A DNA stretch of 64,000 nucleotides from Rhodobacteraceae bacterium UBA2776 (lineage in GTDB: Bacteria > Pseudomonadota > Alphaproteobacteria > Rhodobacterales > Rhodobacteraceae): the NCBI GenBank assembly GCA_002352425.1, contig DEIK01000074.1, forward strand, positions 7,346-71,345, read 5' to 3'. A program made the position numbers and the translations under genes. The notes under the pieces were generated by a model, which was given only the letters and a program-made list of their open reading frames with translations, was not told the origin of the DNA and made no database searches. The number at the start of each line of letters is the position of its first letter. Position 1 is the stretch's first letter. This document shows positions 29,259 to 38,966 of the stretch, in pieces.

Positions 29259-30236
29259 ATGACACAAACAGCAGAAATCACATGGGACGACACAGTGCTT
29301 CCCTTTCAGCTTGATCGCGCCAATGTCCGCGGCCGCGTGGCCCGTTTGGATGGTGTGCTTGAGCAGGTTTTGGAACAGCACAATTACCCGCCCCAGATAG
29401 AAGCCCTGATTGCAGAGGTCGCGTTGCTGACTGCCTTGATTGGCCAAACGATCAAGTTACGCTGGAAGCTGTCTATTCAAGTGCGCGGTGATGGCCCTGC
29501 CCGCATTTTGGCAGCCGATTTCTATGCCCCAGAATCCGAGGGCGCTCCTGCCCGTATCCGCGCTTACGCCAGTTTTGATCCCGAACGGCTTGATGCAACC
29601 CAAACCCCGTTTTCGCAGATTGGCAAAGGATACTTTGCGATTTTGATTGATCAAGGTGAAGGAAATGAGCCGTATCAAGGCATCACGCCGCTGGACAAAG
29701 ATTCCCTGAGCGCCTGTGCCGAGACATATTTTGATCAGTCCGAGCAAATCCCGACACGTTTTGAGTTGGCTTTTGGTCAATCCCAAATGGCAGGTGAATC
29801 GTCGAGTTGGCGGGCGGGCGGGATGATGTTGCAACATATGCCAAACGCATCCCCCTTGATGGGTGGAGTCGACGCGCCAATTGTTATGCATGACACCGAC
29901 GAGGACGAAAATTGGTCGCGGGCAAATATCCTGCTCGATACAGTTGATCAGTTGGAGCTGATTGGCCCAACTGTTGCACCGACAGATCTGTTGCTACGCT
30001 TGTTTCACGAGGAAAAGCCGCGTGTGTTTGATGTGCAGTCCGTGGGGTTTGGTTGTACCTGTTCCGCTAATCGTGTGCGTCAAAGCTTGTCGATCTATTC
30101 AGCCAAAGATATCGCGCACATGACAACTGACGCGGGGGTCGTGACGGCTGATTGTCAATTCTGTAGTGCACATTATGAGTTCGATCCGAAAACACTGGGA
30201 TTCGAGGCAACCGAGCCAGCCGATGATGAAGGGTGA
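29259..30236 (+). CDS. hslO: Hsp33 family redox-regulated chaperone
   Basis: YFDQSEQIPT, CTCS...CQFC zinc motif; ATG 29259. Confidence 0.93.
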   Translation: MTQTAEITWDDTVLPFQLDRANVRGRVARLDGVLEQVLEQHNYPPQIEALIAEVALLTALIGQTIKLRWKLSIQVRGDGPARILAADFYAPESEGAPARIRAYASFDPERLDATQTPFSQIGKGYFAILIDQGEGNEPYQGITPLDKDSLSACAETYFDQSEQIPTRFELAFGQSQMAGESSSWRAGGMMLQHMPNASPLMGGVDAPIVMHDTDEDENWSRANILLDTVDQLELIGPTVAPTDLLLRLFHEEKPRVFDVQSVGFGCTCSANRVRQSLSIYSAKDIAHMTTDAGVVTADCQFCSAHYEFDPKTLGFEATEPADDEG

Positions 30237-30828
30237 TGGTCTTTCAAACCGTTTGATTGGCGCGATGGGCCGGGTGCATCGCGCCTCGTCAGATTTTGAC
30301 CTAAACCCCGATGTTGCCCAGACCAAGGGGCAAGTGCTTCGACCTGCAGCCGTTTTGATTGCGATCGAAGCCAGCACGACTGAGCCACGCGTCATCCTGA
30401 CCCAGCGCGCCTCGACACTTAGGCATCATGCAGGTCAGATCGCCTTTCCTGGTGGCAAGCGGGATAAAACGGATGCCAATCTTGAAGAAACCGCCCTACG
30501 AGAGGCCGACGAAGAAATCGGCCTGCCGCCAGAAAATGTAGAAATACTGGGCCGACTACCTGTTCATGAAACGGTAACTGGGTTTGTTGTAACCCCCATT
30601 TTAGGGTTGGTTAGAGACACATTCGTACCCGAAGTAGACCAAAATGAGGTGGCCGAAGTGTTTTCTACCCCCTTGCATCATGTCACAGACATCACGCGGT
30701 TTTCTGTGCAAGGGCGTCGGTGGCGTGGTCAGCAACGGCGCTACTATACGGTGCCTTTTGGCCCTTACTATATTTGGGGGGCCACGGCGCGGATATTGCG
30801 CGCGCTGGCCGAGGGTCTAGAGACATGA
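30226..30828 (+). CDS. CoA pyrophosphatase (NudL family)
   Basis: RPAAVL, LTQRASTLRHHAGQIAFPGG, ALREADEEIG, IWGATA. Confidence 0.92.
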   Translation: MKGDGLSNRLIGAMGRVHRASSDFDLNPDVAQTKGQVLRPAAVLIAIEASTTEPRVILTQRASTLRHHAGQIAFPGGKRDKTDANLEETALREADEEIGLPPENVEILGRLPVHETVTGFVVTPILGLVRDTFVPEVDQNEVAEVFSTPLHHVTDITRFSVQGRRWRGQQRRYYTVPFGPYYIWGATARILRALAEGLET

Positions 30829-31970
30829 AGCGGATCACTGCAAACTGGATCACAAATAGTGATACGCAAAGGGTCTGCCATATGCTGAGCGATGCAGGTT
30901 TTGAGTGCTATTTCGTAGGCGGATGTGTCCGCAATGCGCTGTTGGACTCACCAGTAAATGACATCGACATTTCAACCAACGCCCTGCCCGACCGTGTAAT
31001 GGCATTGGCCGAGGCCGCGGGTTTGAATGTGGTACCAACAGGTATAGACCACGGAACGGTGACAGTCATTTCATCCGGTACGCCGTTTGAGATCACAACC
31101 TTTCGTCGCGACGTTGAAACAGATGGCCGACGGGCAGTCGTCGCCTTTGCGGACAGCATTGAAGAGGACGCGCGCCGCCGTGATTTCACAATGAATGCGC
31201 TCTATGCTGATCAGAATGGCGTGATCAGTGACCCGCTTGATGGTTTGGACGATCTTTGGGCGCGCCGCGTCAGATTTATCGAAGACGCTGATCTCCGGAT
31301 CAAAGAAGATTATCTGCGCATCCTTCGATTCTTTCGGTTTCATGCATGGTATGGTGACGAAAGCGCTGGGCTGGATGTTGATGGTCTGGCGGCTATTTCA
31401 TCAAATTTAGGCGGGTTAGAGAGTATTTCAAAGGAGCGTGTCAGCTCAGAGATCATAAAGCTGCTGAGCGCCCCCAATCCGGCGCCGAGCGTTGCATCTA
31501 TGGCTGCGAGTGGCGTTTTGAATGCTATTTTGCCTGGTGGTGATGCGAAATACTTAGCTGTTTTGGTTCACTTTGAAGAGGCCACAAAGCCGGATCCGAT
31601 CCGCAGGCTCGCAGCGTTGGGCGGCATTGATGTTGAGAAATACCTGCGTCTTAGCAAGGCCCAATCACGGCATCTGCAAAAACTGAGAGACGACATTGGT
31701 AGTGCCCATGGCCCTGCGGAATTGGGGTATATGTTGGGGCGTGAAGTGGCTCGTGATGTTATTTTTCTGCGGTCCGCTCTGTTGGAGACGCCTCTTGATC
31801 CAGAGGTATCGCTACAGATTGAAGTCGGTGCCGCCGCCATCTACCCCATTGTGGCGGCTGACCTGATGCCGCGGTTTAAAGGTGCAGGCCTTGGCAAAGC
31901 GCTTGCCGACCGAGAGACGAGATGGATCAAATCCGGCTTTTCTCTGACCAAAGAACAGTTACTTGATTGA
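30825..31970 (+). CDS. cca: CCA tRNA nucleotidyltransferase
   Basis: GGCVRNALL, DIDIST, RRDFTMNAL, EDYLRILRFFRF. Confidence 0.93.
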   Translation: MKRITANWITNSDTQRVCHMLSDAGFECYFVGGCVRNALLDSPVNDIDISTNALPDRVMALAEAAGLNVVPTGIDHGTVTVISSGTPFEITTFRRDVETDGRRAVVAFADSIEEDARRRDFTMNALYADQNGVISDPLDGLDDLWARRVRFIEDADLRIKEDYLRILRFFRFHAWYGDESAGLDVDGLAAISSNLGGLESISKERVSSEIIKLLSAPNPAPSVASMAASGVLNAILPGGDAKYLAVLVHFEEATKPDPIRRLAALGGIDVEKYLRLSKAQSRHLQKLRDDIGSAHGPAELGYMLGREVARDVIFLRSALLETPLDPEVSLQIEVGAAAIYPIVAADLMPRFKGAGLGKALADRETRWIKSGFSLTKEQLLD

Positions 31971-32544
31971 CCCTTTATACGCCTTTGTGTTCGCCGGAAT
32001 GTTCACGCCCGGGCCGAATGTCATTATGCTCACGGCCTCGGGCGCACAATTCGGATTTCGCCGCACATTGCCTCATTTGTTAGGCGTCGTTCTGGGCGTT
32101 GGCGTTATTGGCGGATTTTCGGGACTTGGTGTTGGCGCCCTATTGGCAGCCTATCCGCAACTTAAATTCAGCCTACAAGTCATCGCATCTGTGTGGATCT
32201 TGTGGATGGCCTGGCAGCTTTGGCGAACGACCTATGGGGCAACGTCGGGGCAACGAGAAAAGCCATTTTCATTCATACAAGCCGTTTTTTTTCAATGGGT
32301 TAATCCGAAAATTTGGGCTATCGCTTTGACAGCATCATCAGGCTATAGCGTGGGCTTGCCCCCCATCCAGGAAGCATTTCGTCTTGCCAGCACGTTCTCG
32401 AGCATGAACTTGTTTGTTTGTCTGTTTTGGACATCGACCGGAACCTTGTTAGCCTATTTGTTAACGCGTCCGGTGGCCTGGCGCATGTTTATCCGCGCGA
32501 TGGCGCTGGCGCTGGCCGCCACAGCCGTTATGGTGTTCATCTGA
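31963..32544 (+). CDS. LysE family translocator
   Basis: TPGPNVIML, FQWVNPKIW motifs; TTG start. Confidence 0.9.
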   Translation: MIDPLYAFVFAGMFTPGPNVIMLTASGAQFGFRRTLPHLLGVVLGVGVIGGFSGLGVGALLAAYPQLKFSLQVIASVWILWMAWQLWRTTYGATSGQREKPFSFIQAVFFQWVNPKIWAIALTASSGYSVGLPPIQEAFRLASTFSSMNLFVCLFWTSTGTLLAYLLTRPVAWRMFIRAMALALAATAVMVFI

Positions 32545-32563
32545 TCACTACGGGCGACGAAAT

Positions 32564-34393
32564 GTGAAACCATCAACATGGATAGACGGCTTTCAGCCAG
32601 CCGATGGACCTCCGCCGCAAACATTGTGGCGATTTATACGGTGGTGTCTAAAGGGTGCGTTTTCTATACTGACGCTTTCGGCGCTGGCTGCAGCCACATC
32701 CGGGGTGCTGGAAGTCGTAACGGCGCTGCTTTTGGGCGTGGTGATTGACGGCGCGCTTGCTAGCGGGCCAAGCTTTCTGACCGACCAAAGCACAATGTTG
32801 CTAATGGTCGTTGGGTTTTTCTTAATCTTGCGACCTGCGGTGATCGGAACCTCGGTTGGGCTGCAATCCGTGGTGATTGGTCCCAATGTGATGCCGTTGG
32901 TTTTGTCACGGCTAAACCGATATACGTTGGGCCATTCGGTACAATTCTTTGATGATGATTTTGCTGGGCGGATTGCACAAAAGCAAATGCAGACGTCGCG
33001 TGCGATTACAGAAGTTGTGATCGAGGTTGTGAATGTGGTGGCATTTGCGTTGGCGTCTTTGGTTGGGTCAGTGGTTTTGCTGTCCACTGTTGATTGGCGC
33101 ATCGGCCTGTTACTGGTGGGTTGGTTGGTGTTGTATTTGTCTCTAATCCGCTGGTTTTTGCCCAAAGTGCGTGGACGGGCAAGCGAACGAGCTGCAGCAA
33201 GGGCTGTTTTGACGGGGCAAATTGTCGATACCGTAACCAATATCAAAACTGTTAAGTTGTTTGCCCACCACAGGCATGAAGATGCGGCTGCCTTAACCGC
33301 GATGCGCAATTTGCGAACCGTTTCTTTGCGGTTTGGTCGGCTTGCGACAGTGTTCAGGTTTTCGTTGATGACGGTCGCTGGCTTGGTGCCAGTGATCCTC
33401 GTTGGGGGTACACTATGGTTGTGGTCGCTTGGCGAGATATCCGCGGGCAATATTGCAACGACGGGGGCGATTTCGTTGCGGATCGCGCAGATGACCGGCT
33501 GGGTCAGCTTTGCGATGATGGGCATCTATGCGTCGGTGGGTGAAGTTGAAGATGGTATGAAAACCCTGACGCCCGTGCATGGGTTGACCGATGCCGAGGG
33601 TGCGCATGAATTGCAGGTTTCAAATGCCGAAGTGACCTTTCGGAACGTCAGTTTTACCTATGGGCGCGAGGCCGGTGGGGTATCCGACATAAATCTGACC
33701 ATCCATTCCGGTGAGAAGCTGGGGATTGTCGGTGCATCGGGTGCAGGCAAGTCGACAATGGTGGCGTTGTTGATGCGGCTTTACGATCCGGAATCGGGTG
33801 ATGTTTCGATTGATGGGCAGCCGTTGGCGAATGTTACACAGGAAAGCCTGCGCCGCCAGATTGGTATGGTGACACAGGAAACAGCGATGTTTAACCGGTC
33901 GGCGCGGGATAACATTTTATATGGGCGCCCTGATGCAAGCGAAGATCAGGTGGTGGATGCGGCGAAGCGGGCGGAGGCCGATACGTTTGTTCATGAGTTG
34001 CAGGACCATGCCGGTCGATTGGGGTATGAAGCCTATTTGGGTGAACGTGGGGTCAAGCTATCGGGTGGTCAACGTCAACGGATTGCGCTGGCGCGGGCCA
34101 TTTTGAAAGATGCACCGATCTTGGTTCTAGATGAGGCGACAAGTGCGCTTGATAGCGAGGTTGAGGCTGCCATTCAAACGGCGCTGTCTCGAGTCATGGA
34201 AGGTAAGACGGTACTGGCGATTGCACATCGTCTTTCGACGATTGCGCGTATGGACCGCATCATTGTGCTGGATCAGGGTCGAATTATAGAAGAAGGCACC
34301 CATGAGGTGCTGCTGGCCAAGGGTGGGCAATACGCGCGCTATTGGGAGCGTCAATCAGGCGGGTTTATCGGAATAGAGGAAGAAAAGCAGTGA
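32564..34393 (+). CDS. ABC exporter, fused permease/ATPase
   Basis: N-terminal TM domain; GASGAGKST, LSGGQRQR, LDEATSALD, IAHRLST. Confidence 0.94.
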   Translation: MKPSTWIDGFQPADGPPPQTLWRFIRWCLKGAFSILTLSALAAATSGVLEVVTALLLGVVIDGALASGPSFLTDQSTMLLMVVGFFLILRPAVIGTSVGLQSVVIGPNVMPLVLSRLNRYTLGHSVQFFDDDFAGRIAQKQMQTSRAITEVVIEVVNVVAFALASLVGSVVLLSTVDWRIGLLLVGWLVLYLSLIRWFLPKVRGRASERAAARAVLTGQIVDTVTNIKTVKLFAHHRHEDAAALTAMRNLRTVSLRFGRLATVFRFSLMTVAGLVPVILVGGTLWLWSLGEISAGNIATTGAISLRIAQMTGWVSFAMMGIYASVGEVEDGMKTLTPVHGLTDAEGAHELQVSNAEVTFRNVSFTYGREAGGVSDINLTIHSGEKLGIVGASGAGKSTMVALLMRLYDPESGDVSIDGQPLANVTQESLRRQIGMVTQETAMFNRSARDNILYGRPDASEDQVVDAAKRAEADTFVHELQDHAGRLGYEAYLGERGVKLSGGQRQRIALARAILKDAPILVLDEATSALDSEVEAAIQTALSRVMEGKTVLAIAHRLSTIARMDRIIVLDQGRIIEEGTHEVLLAKGGQYARYWERQSGGFIGIEEEKQ

Positions 34394-35604
34394 CTTTTAC
34401 AGTTTTACGATTGGGTTATCAAGGCGATGGAATTGCCGAGGGGCCGATCTTTGCCCCCCGAACGTTGCCAGGAGAAGTGATTGAAGGTGAGGTTACAGGC
34501 AATCGCATTGAAGCTCCGAAAATTATCACACCGTCAACCAGTCGGGTTGCGGCACCGTGTCGACATTATAAATCCTGTGGTGGGTGTTCGTTGCAGCATG
34601 CCGCGGATGGGTTTGTGGCGGATTGGAAGCAGGATGTTGTGCGCACAGCATTGGCGGCGCAACACATTGAAGCCGATATTCGTACAATACAAACATCTGC
34701 ACCGCGTAGCCGTCGGCGGGCGGTGTTGACGGGTCGGCGCACCAAAAAGGACGCGCTGGTTGGATTTCATGCCCGTGGCACCGATACAATTACCGAGGTG
34801 CCCGATTGCCATCTATTGCATCCCGATCTGTTAGCTGTTGTCCCGGCGTTGCGGGCGCTGACGGTCTATGGAACGACGCGCAAAGGTGAAGTGCGGTTTA
34901 CAATCACCCAATCGGAGGCAGGGATCGACGTTGCTGTGACGGGTGGCAAGCCCTTGGATGGCCAAATGTTGATGACATTGGCGGCGATGGCTGGGGAACA
35001 AGGGTTGGCGCGGTTGACCTGGGACGGTGAACCGATTGTTGACATTGCATCCCCGTTTCAGATGTTCGGATCCGCACGGGTTGTACCACCTGCGGGGGCC
35101 TTTCTTCAGGCCACTAAAGAGGGCGAAAATGCACTGATTTCCTCTGTGTTAGAGACTGTTTCTGGCGCAAAGTCGGTGTTGGATCTTTTTGCGGGATCCG
35201 GCACATTTGCATTGCCGATCTCGATAAATGCAGAAGTTCATGCCGTTGAGGGTGATGCTGCGATGTTAAAGGCTTTGGATCAGGGTTGGCGTCAGGCCAC
35301 GGGGTTAAAGCGGGTCACAACCGAGGCGCGAGACCTGTTCCGGCGTCCGTTGTTACCAGATGAAATCAAACGGTTTGACGCTGTGGTGATTGATCCGCCG
35401 CGGGCCGGTGCTGTGCATCAAGTCAAAGAGTTGGCCGAGGCCAAGCCGCATAAAATTGCGACGGTCTCTTGTAATCCAGTCACATTTGCCCAGGATGCGA
35501 AAACGCTGATTGAGGCGGGGTATGAGCTGGGACCAATTGATGTAATTGACCAGTTTCGCTGGTCAACGCATGTAGAATTGGCGGCATCCTTCACCTTAAA
35601 GTGA
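34390..35604 (+). CDS. RlmD/RumA-family RNA (uracil-5)-methyltransferase
   Basis: CRHYKSCGGC Fe-S motif, DLFAGSG, DPPRAG, VSCNP; GTG start overlapping the ABC stop. Confidence 0.9.
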   Translation: MTFTVLRLGYQGDGIAEGPIFAPRTLPGEVIEGEVTGNRIEAPKIITPSTSRVAAPCRHYKSCGGCSLQHAADGFVADWKQDVVRTALAAQHIEADIRTIQTSAPRSRRRAVLTGRRTKKDALVGFHARGTDTITEVPDCHLLHPDLLAVVPALRALTVYGTTRKGEVRFTITQSEAGIDVAVTGGKPLDGQMLMTLAAMAGEQGLARLTWDGEPIVDIASPFQMFGSARVVPPAGAFLQATKEGENALISSVLETVSGAKSVLDLFAGSGTFALPISINAEVHAVEGDAAMLKALDQGWRQATGLKRVTTEARDLFRRPLLPDEIKRFDAVVIDPPRAGAVHQVKELAEAKPHKIATVSCNPVTFAQDAKTLIEAGYELGPIDVIDQFRWSTHVELAASFTLK

Positions 35605-35689
35605 GGCAAGGCTGCGTCGAATACATTCTTCCCAGATCGTCAAACATGCTATATGGCAGGTCAAATAGGGCAGGAAAACGGGCATAATT

Positions 35690-36184
35690 ATGAGTATTTT
35701 TAGAGCAATATTACTGTTGGCTGTGATGGGATTCATCGGTGGCTGCGCGAGTAAATTTAAACCCTATAATGGCCCCGAAGTTACACGCGTTATTGTCTAC
35801 AAAGAGCGTCACAAGATGTATCTTATGCACAACGACAAAGTGCTAAAACGATATGATATCGAGTTGGGTTTTGCACCTACAGGTCACAAAGCGGTTGAGG
35901 GAGACGGCAAAACACCCGAGGGTGAATACATCATCGACCGCCGCAATCCAAACAGCACGTTTTATCTGTCGATCGGCATATCTTACCCGAATGCCGCGGA
36001 TGTCGCCAAGGCAAAGGCGTTGGGCAAATCGCCAGGGGGTGATATCTTTATCCACGGTGGCCGTCGGAAAATTGATTCACCCGAGCCAGACTGGACAGCC
36101 GGATGCATATCCGTTTCAAACCGTCAAATGCGAGATATCTATGCAATGGTTCGAAATGGCACACCGATTACGATCAATCCATAA
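35690..36184 (+). CDS. L,D-transpeptidase family lipoprotein (YafK/DpaA-like)
   Basis: Lipobox IGGC; GDGKTPEG, IFIHGG, WTAGCI. Confidence 0.88.
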   Translation: MSIFRAILLLAVMGFIGGCASKFKPYNGPEVTRVIVYKERHKMYLMHNDKVLKRYDIELGFAPTGHKAVEGDGKTPEGEYIIDRRNPNSTFYLSIGISYPNAADVAKAKALGKSPGGDIFIHGGRRKIDSPEPDWTAGCISVSNRQMRDIYAMVRNGTPITINP

Positions 36185-36197
36185 TCGGTGCTAAGTT

Positions 36198-36719
36198 TTA
36201 TCCGCCAGTAACCAGCGTCCACCAGATTTTGCCATTGGCATCCTGATGCCAAGAAAAGCCCATATCTGTGGATTTTGGATCCAAGATAACACTGCGTGTC
36301 CCGGGTTTGTCCATCCAGGCGCTGAGTGTTTCGACTTCGGTTTCGTAAGTTTCAGAGATGTTTTCACCCCTCATAGTGCCCGCATAACCAGTGCGTTTGA
36401 CCCGATCTAGCGGCGATGAAGCGTCAGAGCCGAAATGCCAAGCGCGATTTTGCACGGACATATCGCGCGAATGGGTCGCGGCGGCAGCGGTGAGTTGTGA
36501 ATTCAGAGAAAGTGGCGTTGCACCGGCAGCCCCACGAAGCGCATTGATAGAGTCTTTCATGCGTAATTGGATTTTACCGGTATTCCCTGACGAGATTCGA
36601 TAAACACGTGGCAACGGTTTGCCATCAGGGCCAAGCGTCGGGGCAGCTGTTTCACAGGCACTGAGGGCAAAAAGAGCGGCAAAAGCAATAATAAGTAGTC
36701 TAGACATGAAAAAAGCCAT
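36198..36719 (-). CDS. CAP (SCP-like) domain lipoprotein
   Basis: Lipobox LSAC; AAATHSRDM, HFGSDASSPLDR, GENI; start 36719 or 36707. Confidence 0.88.
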   Translation of the reverse strand: MAFFMSRLLIIAFAALFALSACETAAPTLGPDGKPLPRVYRISSGNTGKIQLRMKDSINALRGAAGATPLSLNSQLTAAAATHSRDMSVQNRAWHFGSDASSPLDRVKRTGYAGTMRGENISETYETEVETLSAWMDKPGTRSVILDPKSTDMGFSWHQDANGKIWWTLVTGG

Positions 36720-36794
36720 CTGTTGTTGGTTGTTCCTAACCCGTCTATAGACATCATCGTTGCGGATCAAACCCACATTTCGCGGATTTGGCGT

Positions 36795-36810
36795 GTTAAC
36801 GCTTGTTTGA
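36795..36810 (-). promoter_or_regulatory. Candidate CtrA box
   Basis: Minus strand reads TCAA-N7-TTAAC, one mismatch to TTAA-N7-TTAAC, in the CAP/LDT divergent gap. Confidence 0.45.
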
Positions 36811-36880
36811 TTTGCGACTGCGTCTTTCTCGCCATATATAGGCAGTAACAAAGCAGTATTTTTTAACTGGAGCGAAACAG

Positions 36881-37480
36881 ATGAGTAACGATGTAAGAAA
36901 TAAGATGAACCGGCGGCTGTTTTTAAGCACAACCGCAGCAACAATGGGCGCACTTGCGGCCCCGGCGTTGGCGCAAACCGGAACGACCGAAATTGAGGAA
37001 GATATTTCAAATGCCACACGCCGGAATATTTCCAGTTTTAGGTCCTTGGAATGGCGGCCCTATTTCAACAATCTAAATGGCGGTGCGATTTTGGTCGATA
37101 CGACGTCGCGCGCCTTGCATTATTGGAATTCAGACGAGACAATTTACAAGCTGTATCCAACAAGTGTACCGATGACTGATGACCTAACGCGTCGTGGTCG
37201 TACCAAGATTGTTCAAAAAGTGGACGGTCCCAGCTGGCGCCCGACGTCTTCGATGCTGAAACGGAACCCAGAATTGCCCGCTTATATTGCGCCGGGCCCT
37301 GATAATCCGCTTGGAACCCATGCTTTGTACCTGTCGTGGACCTATTATCGCATCCACGGCACCCATGATACACGTAAAATTGGCCGTAGATCGTCCAGTG
37401 GGTGTATTGGTTTGTACAATGAACACATCGCTGAGCTGTTCACGATGGCCACTGTCGGCACGCAAGTGTTGCTTATTTGA
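36881..37480 (+). CDS. L,D-transpeptidase (ErfK/YbiS/YnhG family), Tat-exported
   Basis: NRRLFL twin-arginine leader; PGPDNPLG, YRIHGT, SSGCIGL. Confidence 0.92.
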   Translation: MSNDVRNKMNRRLFLSTTAATMGALAAPALAQTGTTEIEEDISNATRRNISSFRSLEWRPYFNNLNGGAILVDTTSRALHYWNSDETIYKLYPTSVPMTDDLTRRGRTKIVQKVDGPSWRPTSSMLKRNPELPAYIAPGPDNPLGTHALYLSWTYYRIHGTHDTRKIGRRSSSGCIGLYNEHIAELFTMATVGTQVLLI

Positions 37481-37632
37481 CGTTGTATCCTCAATATTGA
37501 GCGATACAAGGCCCTAGGCTTGAAATTTGCAACCTTTTGAGGTTATTGAATCGATACGCGCTTAATTATTTTGGGTGAATCGCACTGCTAATCGCAGAAG
37601 ATTTTCTGCTATACGAACAAAGGATGATAAAA

Positions 37633-37812
37633 ATGAAAAAGATCGCACTTGCTGCTGCATTGTCAGTTGCCGCCACTACAGCATTCGCTGGTAACCCACT
37701 TCCACCAGTAATGGACGACACTGTAATGGTTGACGAAACAACATCTTCTTCCGGTGGTGGTATCGTTGTTCCATTGCTGCTGCTTTTGGTTATTGCAGCT
37801 GCATCTAACTAA
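37633..37812 (+). CDS. Small secreted/membrane-anchored hypothetical protein (59 aa)
   Basis: MKKIALAAALSVAATTAFA signal peptide, acidic linker, C-terminal hydrophobic VVPLLLLLVIAAA; followed by a terminator. Confidence 0.8.
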   Translation: MKKIALAAALSVAATTAFAGNPLPPVMDDTVMVDETTSSSGGGIVVPLLLLLVIAAASN

Positions 37813-37834
37813 TTCAGAAATCTTATAGATTTCG

Positions 37835-37868
37835 AAAATGGCGGTGGATTTTTCACCGCCATTTTTTT
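37835..37868. terminator. Bidirectional intrinsic terminator between small protein gene and hemH
   Basis: AAAATGGCGGTG-GATTTTT-CACCGCCATTTT plus T-run. Confidence 0.85.
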
Positions 37869-37877
37869 GTCTCGTGC

Positions 37878-38915
37878 TTAGATCCAGCCACCCAGGTTGT
37901 TGTTGATCAGGTTGACCAGCGCAGCAATATGCGCGTCATCATCATTAAGGCAGGGGATATAGGTAAAACCCGTACCGCCGGCCTCTTCAAAGCTTTCAAA
38001 AATCTCTTCGTTGATTTCCTCAAGCGTTTCGATGCAATCAGCGGCAAAAGCTGGGGCAATTACGGCGATGTTCTTTTTGCCGTCTTTGGCCAGCCGCGCG
38101 ACTTCGTCAACGGTGGCGGGCAGTAACCATTCTTCTGGGCCGAATTTTGATTGGAACGTGGTGATTAGATGCCCGTCATCCAAGCTCAATTTGTCCTGTA
38201 GCAAACGGGATGTTTTTTGGCATTGGCAATGATAGGGATCGCCTTCGGTCAAGTATCGCGTTGGCATACCGTGATAAGAAACGATCAAATGATCGGGTTT
38301 TTGGTCCATTTTGGAATAGGCAGTTTCCACTGATTTGGCCAAGGCCGCAATGTAGCCTGGATCATCAAAATAGGCCGACACGGTGCGCACGGCCGGTTGC
38401 CATTTTTCCGAGGCAAGAGCTTTGAAAAATGCCTCATTCGCGGTGGCGGTGGTTGCGCCAGCGTATTGTGGATATAGCGGAAAAAACAGAATTTTGTCGC
38501 AACCTGCAGCAACCATTTCGCGGGTTTTAGATTTGGTTGATGGATTGCCATACCGCATGCAAAAATCAACCATAACATTGTCGCCATACAGTGCAGTCAA
38601 AGATTTTTTCAACTTGGCGGTTTGCTGTTTGGTGATGGTCATCAGGGGGCTTTCGTCCTCGGCTTCGTTCCAAATTGACTTATAGGCAGCGCCAGAGCTG
38701 AAAGGGCGTTTTGTCAGGATTATCAATTGCAACAAGGGTTGCCATTTCCAAGCTGGGTAATCAATGACGCGGCGATCCGACAAAAACTCGCCCAAATAGC
38801 GGCGCATTGACCAATAATCATACCCATCCGGTGTGCCCAGATTGGCAATTAGAACGCCAACTTTTTTCGTAGGCAGTTTCGGGTGGTCGCTGGGTAGGTT
38901 GGAAAAAGTGTTCAT
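37878..38915 (-). CDS. hemH: Ferrochelatase
   Basis: NLGTPD, PLYPQY, SYHG, FQSKFGPEEWL, DCIETLEEI. Confidence 0.97.
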   Translation of the reverse strand: MNTFSNLPSDHPKLPTKKVGVLIANLGTPDGYDYWSMRRYLGEFLSDRRVIDYPAWKWQPLLQLIILTKRPFSSGAAYKSIWNEAEDESPLMTITKQQTAKLKKSLTALYGDNVMVDFCMRYGNPSTKSKTREMVAAGCDKILFFPLYPQYAGATTATANEAFFKALASEKWQPAVRTVSAYFDDPGYIAALAKSVETAYSKMDQKPDHLIVSYHGMPTRYLTEGDPYHCQCQKTSRLLQDKLSLDDGHLITTFQSKFGPEEWLLPATVDEVARLAKDGKKNIAVIAPAFAADCIETLEEINEEIFESFEEAGGTGFTYIPCLNDDDAHIAALVNLINNNLGGWI

Positions 38916-38966
38916 TTAGGGGTTCCTGAGATCTAGGGCCCGGAAATAGTGGGCTATTGGGGCAGG

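Noticed and set aside
30001-30016. parS-like TGTTTCACGAGGAAAA inside hslO
   Set aside because: Three mismatches, all in the right half-site, and explained by the codons for LFHEEK; only ParB ChIP could rescue it
32593-33525. 310-aa antisense ORF, and similar long shadows such as 20258-21025, 56773-57492 and 49572-50243
   Set aside because: Entirely antisense to well-supported genes, no recognisable motifs; typical shadow ORFs
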